Below are positions 59,358-64,000 of a DNA stretch of 64,000 bases, piece by piece; within the stretch, counting starts at the first letter, position 1, and every line of letters begins with the position of its first letter. The stretch is taken from assembly GCA_023458055.1 (NCBI GenBank), contig JAEXAW010000084.1, positions 140,468 to 204,467 of the forward strand. The letters are read 5' to 3'. A model generated the notes under the pieces. That model saw only the letters and a list, made by a program, of their open reading frames with translations, was not told the DNA's origin and searched no databases. This stretch comes from Pseudomonadota bacterium (GTDB lineage Bacteria > Pseudomonadota > Alphaproteobacteria > Sphingomonadales > Sphingomonadaceae). The position numbers and the translations under genes are program-made.

Positions 59358-60155
59358 TTAAACGAACAGCCCGACGCCCTGACCGCCGCGCGCGACCGGT
59401 TCGCCGTCGCGGTTCCAGATCATCATGTCCTGCACGCTAAAGCCGCCGCTGGCAAAGCGGCTATGGCTGTGGAGCAGCCACCAGCCGTCGCGCGTTTCGG
59501 CATGCGGGGTCAGCATATGGACGGTCCAGTTCATCGAACTTATGGGTCCGAATTCAGTAAACAGCGTAATCGCTGCGGGCGGAAGCGCGTCGCCGAGCGC
59601 GAGGAGCGCCACCGCCGGATCGGCCTCCGGCTGCTCGATAAACCGCACCCAGGTGAGGATATCCGCTTCCGTCTGGCCATGTTTGAAATTGGGCCCCGAA
59701 ACCGGACGCATATCAAATTTGCGGGTAAAAACGGGGCGCATCGGATGATCGGGCACCGGGTCCAGTTCGTCGGGTTCGGGCACGTCAGGCATTGGCAGCG
59801 CGACATGATCGACATGGCTGTCGCGCTCGCCGGTAAAGGTGAACAGCGCGTGCGTGCCAAAGCCTGCGTCGGAGGTCACCTCGCAGGTGACAAAGCGGCT
59901 CGACTTGCTTTCGCGAATGAGGTTGGTTTCAATCGTACATTCGCCCGACACTGGCCCCACAAAGCTGATCTGCGCACATTTGAGCGGTTGCGGGCCAGGC
60001 TCCCCGATAAGTGCCGCTTGCAGCGCAACCGCGGCCGAGATGCCGCCATAAGCGGTGCGCCCCTGCATCCAGTCTTCGCTGATATGGGCATGGAACAGGC
60101 CGCGCTCGTCTTCATCGAGCTTAAGGATCGTATCAAGATCGCTCATCCGGCCCAT
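59358..60155 (-). CDS. Acyl-CoA thioesterase (double hot-dog, TesB-like)
   Basis: 265 aa. N-terminal region GLFHAHISEDWMQGRTAYGGISAA resembles the thioesterase family. Confidence 0.7.
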   Translation of the reverse strand: MGRMSDLDTILKLDEDERGLFHAHISEDWMQGRTAYGGISAAVALQAALIGEPGPQPLKCAQISFVGPVSGECTIETNLIRESKSSRFVTCEVTSDAGFGTHALFTFTGERDSHVDHVALPMPDVPEPDELDPVPDHPMRPVFTRKFDMRPVSGPNFKHGQTEADILTWVRFIEQPEADPAVALLALGDALPPAAITLFTEFGPISSMNWTVHMLTPHAETRDGWWLLHSHSRFASGGFSVQDMMIWNRDGEPVARGGQGVGLFV

Positions 60156-60952
60156 CCTTCCTGCGCGCGTTCGGGATGCGCCTCGCCGCTCGCCTGTAGC
60201 ACCCAGCGTTCCGTGCCCTCAAGCCCCAATGCCGAAAGGACGCCGGTGCGATAAGCGCCCGTATCGACGCCAATGCGGTTGGGTTGCATATCGACCTCAT
60301 CAAAGATGGTGTGGCCATGCACGATCATTTTGTCGTGCGGCGTGTTATCGTTGATGAACCCTTCGCGAATCCAGCGCAGATCGGCGCTCTTTTGCTCGGC
60401 GACCGGAACGCCGGGGCGGACGCCTGCATGGACGAAGGCATAATCGCCGATCACGATGCAATTTTCGAAATTTTCCACGAACGTCACATGCTCACGCGGC
60501 ACCAGTGTCAGCAAGCGCCCGGCCAACTGCTCGACCGTGAGCTCGTCATAATCGTCCTGAGTGATCGGATAGCTCAAAATGGTCTCGCGGCCGCCCATCC
60601 GAATGAAATGACGCAGCGCGCGTTCGTCGCCGCTTGCGGCGCGCTGGAACACTTCTTCATGGTTGCCTTTGAGAAAGCGCACGTCGGGGCCAGCGCTTTC
60701 CCGCGACAGAGCGAGCGCAGCCTCGATCACGCTGGCGCTATCTGGGCCGCGATCAACCAGGTCCCCTAAAAAGATGATGGTCGTTTTGGCATTCCCGCGC
60801 GTGGCATTATCCGCGTCAATCTTGCGGACCAGCTCTTGCAACAGATCGAAATTACCATGCACGTCGCCGATTGCGTAAACGCGTTCGCCAGACGGAATAG
60901 CAGGGAGCGGGCGAGCCGGAGCTGCGCCGCGACGGAATAGACGACCTAACAT
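60143..60952 (-). CDS. Metallophosphoesterase (Ser/Thr phosphatase, PrpA/ApaH-like)
   Basis: 269 aa with GDVHGN, GDLVDRGPDS and GNHE motifs. Its 3' end overlaps the next gene by 13 nt. Confidence 0.88.
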   Translation of the reverse strand: MLGRLFRRGAAPARPLPAIPSGERVYAIGDVHGNFDLLQELVRKIDADNATRGNAKTTIIFLGDLVDRGPDSASVIEAALALSRESAGPDVRFLKGNHEEVFQRAASGDERALRHFIRMGGRETILSYPITQDDYDELTVEQLAGRLLTLVPREHVTFVENFENCIVIGDYAFVHAGVRPGVPVAEQKSADLRWIREGFINDNTPHDKMIVHGHTIFDEVDMQPNRIGVDTGAYRTGVLSALGLEGTERWVLQASGEAHPERAQEGWAG

Positions 60953-61014
60953 GTGCGCTATCTAGGTTCCCCCTTCAGTCAGCACAAGTGAAAGCGCGCA
61001 TGGTGCCGCTATCC

Positions 61015-61034
61015 CTTAGGGTCACGACCCTAAG
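61015..61034. promoter_or_regulatory. Perfect 9-2-9 palindrome upstream of the phosphatase gene (operator candidate)
   Basis: CTTAGGGTC-ac-GACCCTAAG. The 2-nt spacer argues against an RNA hairpin and for a dimeric protein site. Lies 63-82 nt upstream of the start at 60952. Confidence 0.3.
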
Positions 61035-61045
61035 CTATTGCTATT

Positions 61046-61552
61046 TTATCGATTGACCACGCGCGTATCGGATTCGGTGTTCACAACCACCCGCTCGCCG
61101 GTTGCGGGATCGCGTTCGATATAATGGTCGCGCTCGACCACCACCTCGTCCGGCGTCTTGCGGCGCATCCGGTCGAGGCTGCCGCGCGTATGACCATAAG
61201 CGAACAGCATGAGAAGCCCGCCAGCGACCGCCAGCCACATCAGCAATAATTGCTGATGCTGGGGCTCCGCGACCCGGCCAAGATGGAGATAAACCGCCGT
61301 CAGGATCGCGTAGATCGCGGCCACCAGCGCCGTCATCCGCGTCATGAAGCCGAGCAGGATAAGCACGCCGATGGCAAGTTCAAACAGGCCGAGCGGCAAA
61401 GCCATCGCCCCGGGCGCGGCGAGCCAGTCCAGTTGCGGATTGCTCGCATAGCTTTGATTATAGGCATTTTGATACATGATTTTGCCGAGCCCTTGCAGGA
61501 TGAACAGGGCGGACAGGAAAATGCGTCCGAAAAAGGCGGCGATGCTGCTCAT
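61046..61552 (-). CDS. DoxX-family membrane protein with a hydrophilic C-terminal tail
   Basis: Starts at MSSIAAFFGRIFLSALFILQGLGKI (Met35 of the ORF). Four TM segments. Confidence 0.8.
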   Translation of the reverse strand: MSSIAAFFGRIFLSALFILQGLGKIMYQNAYNQSYASNPQLDWLAAPGAMALPLGLFELAIGVLILLGFMTRMTALVAAIYAILTAVYLHLGRVAEPQHQQLLLMWLAVAGGLLMLFAYGHTRGSLDRMRRKTPDEVVVERDHYIERDPATGERVVVNTESDTRVVNR

Positions 61553-61646
61553 AGGATGACCCCTTCCATATCTATCTGTCACTGGAACGCGGCAAAAGCA
61601 TTGGCGGTTCCATTGCCAGACGGAAGCAGCGGGTCCCCTAGCGGCG

Positions 61647-63218
61647 TCAGTCAACCTTGCACTGCACCCGGATGGTCACCGATCCACCGGACGGGAGCGC
61701 CGGTATCGATTGCGGCGCCGTCATAATATCCCCCGGCGTAGCAGGGCAGGTAGCACTCCCCGACGCCGTACAATCCAGCACGACACAGTTGCTCAATCCA
61801 GCGCCCGGCGTATCCGAAATCGTGGTTCCATCGGCGCGCGAAGGCCCTGCGTTCGAGACAACCACCGAATAAATGGTGTTGGTTCCGGATATGACAGTGT
61901 CTGCCGGCAAGTCACTGACGCCCGATGCGGGCGTATTGGTTTTGGTCACCGTGAGCGCAACTGCTGGGGCGTTGGTAATCGTGCATTCGATAACATCGCC
62001 CGCTTGCGTCGCCAGAGTCCAGCTCGGCGTAGCGCTAACTCCGCTGGGCATGGTGGTGGACGAACCCGTTGTGCTGTTGGCGCAGGAAATGGTCTTGCCA
62101 TAGTTGGCGAGGGTGCCGGTTCCCATAATTTCGGTGAGCGTATAGTTTACGTTGCTCGACAGTGTTTGCGGAGCCGTTGCCGCACTGGTCCCGGTGCTGC
62201 CCGTTGTGGCGCTGGCGACGACCGTTGCGCCATTTTTTATCTGGACCGTAAAATTGTCGTTCGCCCCGTCTCGGGCCGTCACCGATTTTTTCAAGGTCAG
62301 CTGAGCCGGGTTGAGCGTGCGAACGCCAAACCCGATCCATTCGTTATAGGTTTCGCCAATCGCTGTGGAACTAACGCCACCGCTCGTGCCTTGCAATATG
62401 CCTTGACTATTAACGGTGATCTGCGTGGCATTAACCACATCAACTTTAAATTGGCTAGCGCTGTTCACCACGCCGAAAAGAGTGAATACGCTCCCCGGAG
62501 AAAGCGAAGTGCCTTCCGCCATCGCCGGGTAGGAGGTTGATGGCAGCGTGCCGGGACCGTTATAAACAAGTTGTTGGCCGGTGTTCACGCGCACCTGCGG
62601 TTGCGAAGCGCCGGCATTCATGATGTAGCTGCCATTTGACGTTACCAGCAGAGGAACACTTGTATTTGTGATGAGACTTGCCGACGCAGTCGAGCCTGAA
62701 GGTGCGCCGCTATAACTAAGCGTTATGTTGGAAGGGTCGATATTTTGCGTATTTGTAGTCGCGTTGACGGTGCCACCCTGAATCACTTCGGTCACGAGCC
62801 GCGTAGTGGCAGCCGTCGGTGTCAGAGAAAGGGTATAGCTGTACCGGTCCCCCCCATCAACGCACCCGCCCGAGCTGGCAGTACACACTTGATTCAGGAT
62901 CGATATCCCGCTAGGTGTCGCGTAAAAATTAACCGTGCCAAGGTAACCGGATGAGCTGTTGCGGGTCAGCGTGAAGCTCCCTGTCTCGCCCGTCGCTGTC
63001 ACGAATGTCCCGTTTACAGAACAAGGGGTCCCCGAACAGGTCGCAGTGGTCGAGCCGCCCGCAAAAGTGAAGGTGCCAGCACCTCCCACCGCTCCCGCCG
63101 GCACCGCTGCGAAAACAACCGCCAGCGCGGTCGCAAAAGTCACAGCCAATGCCCGCGACAAGCTATGGAGGTTCAACGGGATCTGGGAGATAAAATTCAT
63201 AAACAAGCCCCCGGCCAT
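61647..63218 (-). CDS. Secreted Thr/Ser/Gly-rich beta-type protein with a C-terminal DUF11-like domain
   Basis: 523 aa with a signal peptide (alternative start 63200). The last roughly 103 aa match the C-terminus of the 23014-25200 protein at 63 of 103 positions in a manual ungapped alignment. Confidence 0.75.
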   Translation of the reverse strand: MAGGLFMNFISQIPLNLHSLSRALAVTFATALAVVFAAVPAGAVGGAGTFTFAGGSTTATCSGTPCSVNGTFVTATGETGSFTLTRNSSSGYLGTVNFYATPSGISILNQVCTASSGGCVDGGDRYSYTLSLTPTAATTRLVTEVIQGGTVNATTNTQNIDPSNITLSYSGAPSGSTASASLITNTSVPLLVTSNGSYIMNAGASQPQVRVNTGQQLVYNGPGTLPSTSYPAMAEGTSLSPGSVFTLFGVVNSASQFKVDVVNATQITVNSQGILQGTSGGVSSTAIGETYNEWIGFGVRTLNPAQLTLKKSVTARDGANDNFTVQIKNGATVVASATTGSTGTSAATAPQTLSSNVNYTLTEIMGTGTLANYGKTISCANSTTGSSTTMPSGVSATPSWTLATQAGDVIECTITNAPAVALTVTKTNTPASGVSDLPADTVISGTNTIYSVVVSNAGPSRADGTTISDTPGAGLSNCVVLDCTASGSATCPATPGDIMTAPQSIPALPSGGSVTIRVQCKVD

Positions 63219-63341
63219 CTGATCGCTCTTATGACCATAATGGCGAATTAATAGGCTCTATTTAAAAGCCAATTCAATAATGAATGGAAACGATTCACGC
63301 TTATGATGCGTTAATTTACAAAATTTTCGATAAATCGGACC

Positions 63342-63896
63342 TCAGAGACGCGGAAGCGTCACCCCGCGCTGGCCCATATATTTGCCCGCGCGGTCAGCGT
63401 AACTGGTCTCGCACGGCTCATTGCCCTTCAGGAACAGGAACTGGCACGCGCCTTCATTGGCATAAATTTTGGCGGGGAGCGGCGTGGTGTTGGAAAATTC
63501 CAGCGTCACATGCCCTTCCCAGCCCGGCTCCAGCGGGGTCACGTTGACGATGATGCCGCAGCGCGCATAGGTTGATTTGCCAAGGCAGATCACCAGCACA
63601 TCGCGCGGAATGCGGAAATATTCGACCGTGCGGGCCAGTGCGAAGCTGTTGGGCGGGATGATGCAGACATCGGTCTTGCGGTCGACAAAGCTGTTTGAAG
63701 CGAAATCCTTGGGGTCAACCACGGCGCTGTCGACATTGGTGAAAATCTTGAACTCATCCGCCACGCGCGCATCATAGCCATAAGAGGAGAGGCCATAGCT
63801 GATGCACCCCTCGCGCCGCTGGCTTTCCACAAACGGCTCGATCATGCCGGTCGCCTGCGCTTGCTCACGAATCCATTTGTCGGAAAGAATGCTCAT
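63342..63896 (-). CDS. dcd: dCTP deaminase
   Basis: 184 aa, [11 protein letters not shown]... Full-length similarity to Dcd. Confidence 0.95.
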   Translation of the reverse strand: MSILSDKWIREQAQATGMIEPFVESQRREGCISYGLSSYGYDARVADEFKIFTNVDSAVVDPKDFASNSFVDRKTDVCIIPPNSFALARTVEYFRIPRDVLVICLGKSTYARCGIIVNVTPLEPGWEGHVTLEFSNTTPLPAKIYANEGACQFLFLKGNEPCETSYADRAGKYMGQRGVTLPRL

Positions 63897-64000
63897 GGGC
63901 TGGTCCTTGGCGGGAGGGAGGCGGCGAAGTCAAGGCTTGCGACATTCCAGTCGACGCCGCCTTTGATGCCATTGATCTGACGAAACTGCGAAACTTGCCA

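Overview
High-GC (roughly low-to-mid 60s % by eye, not computed) alphaproteobacterial chromosome segment. It looks sphingomonad-like from gene content and repeat families, which is my inference. All hairpin and repeat coordinates were hand-derived and may be off by 1-2 nt. I call about 58 protein genes. Most are housekeeping or metabolic: rplM-rpsI, dxs, a Zur-like regulator, ctaA, the ribF-ileS-lspA operon, purE-purK-folA, acnA, trmB, katE, metK, lnt, ilvE, ilvA and dcd. There is one tRNA-Gln(UUG). Other clusters are a TonB-dependent receptor/ggt/M20 peptidase group, a CoA-transferase/enoyl-CoA hydratase pair, and an EF-hand protein next to an OmpR/HisKA two-component pair. I found no rRNA, no CRISPR array, and no intact transposase or integrase. 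No multi-gene system stood out that I could confidently call new. The observations most worth a second look are: (1) at least six families of palindromic REP/MITE-like elements, one of which sits in-frame inside the essential ileS gene, while another forms a higher-order tandem array between ribF and a dipeptidase gene; (2) a small AT-richer insert directly after dxs, carrying a coiled-coil/zinc-ribbon protein plus an orphan AbrB/MazE-type antitoxin-like gene, followed by an ORF-poor promoter-to-terminator unit of about 390 nt that may be an unclassified structured RNA; (3) a strongly AT-rich single-gene island encoding an orphan ParA-like ATPase; (4) two paralogous secreted DUF11-type proteins that share a four-cysteine C-terminal module; (5) a decayed IS5-family transposase fragment. 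Long ORFs antisense to real genes in the six-frame track are high-GC artefacts.
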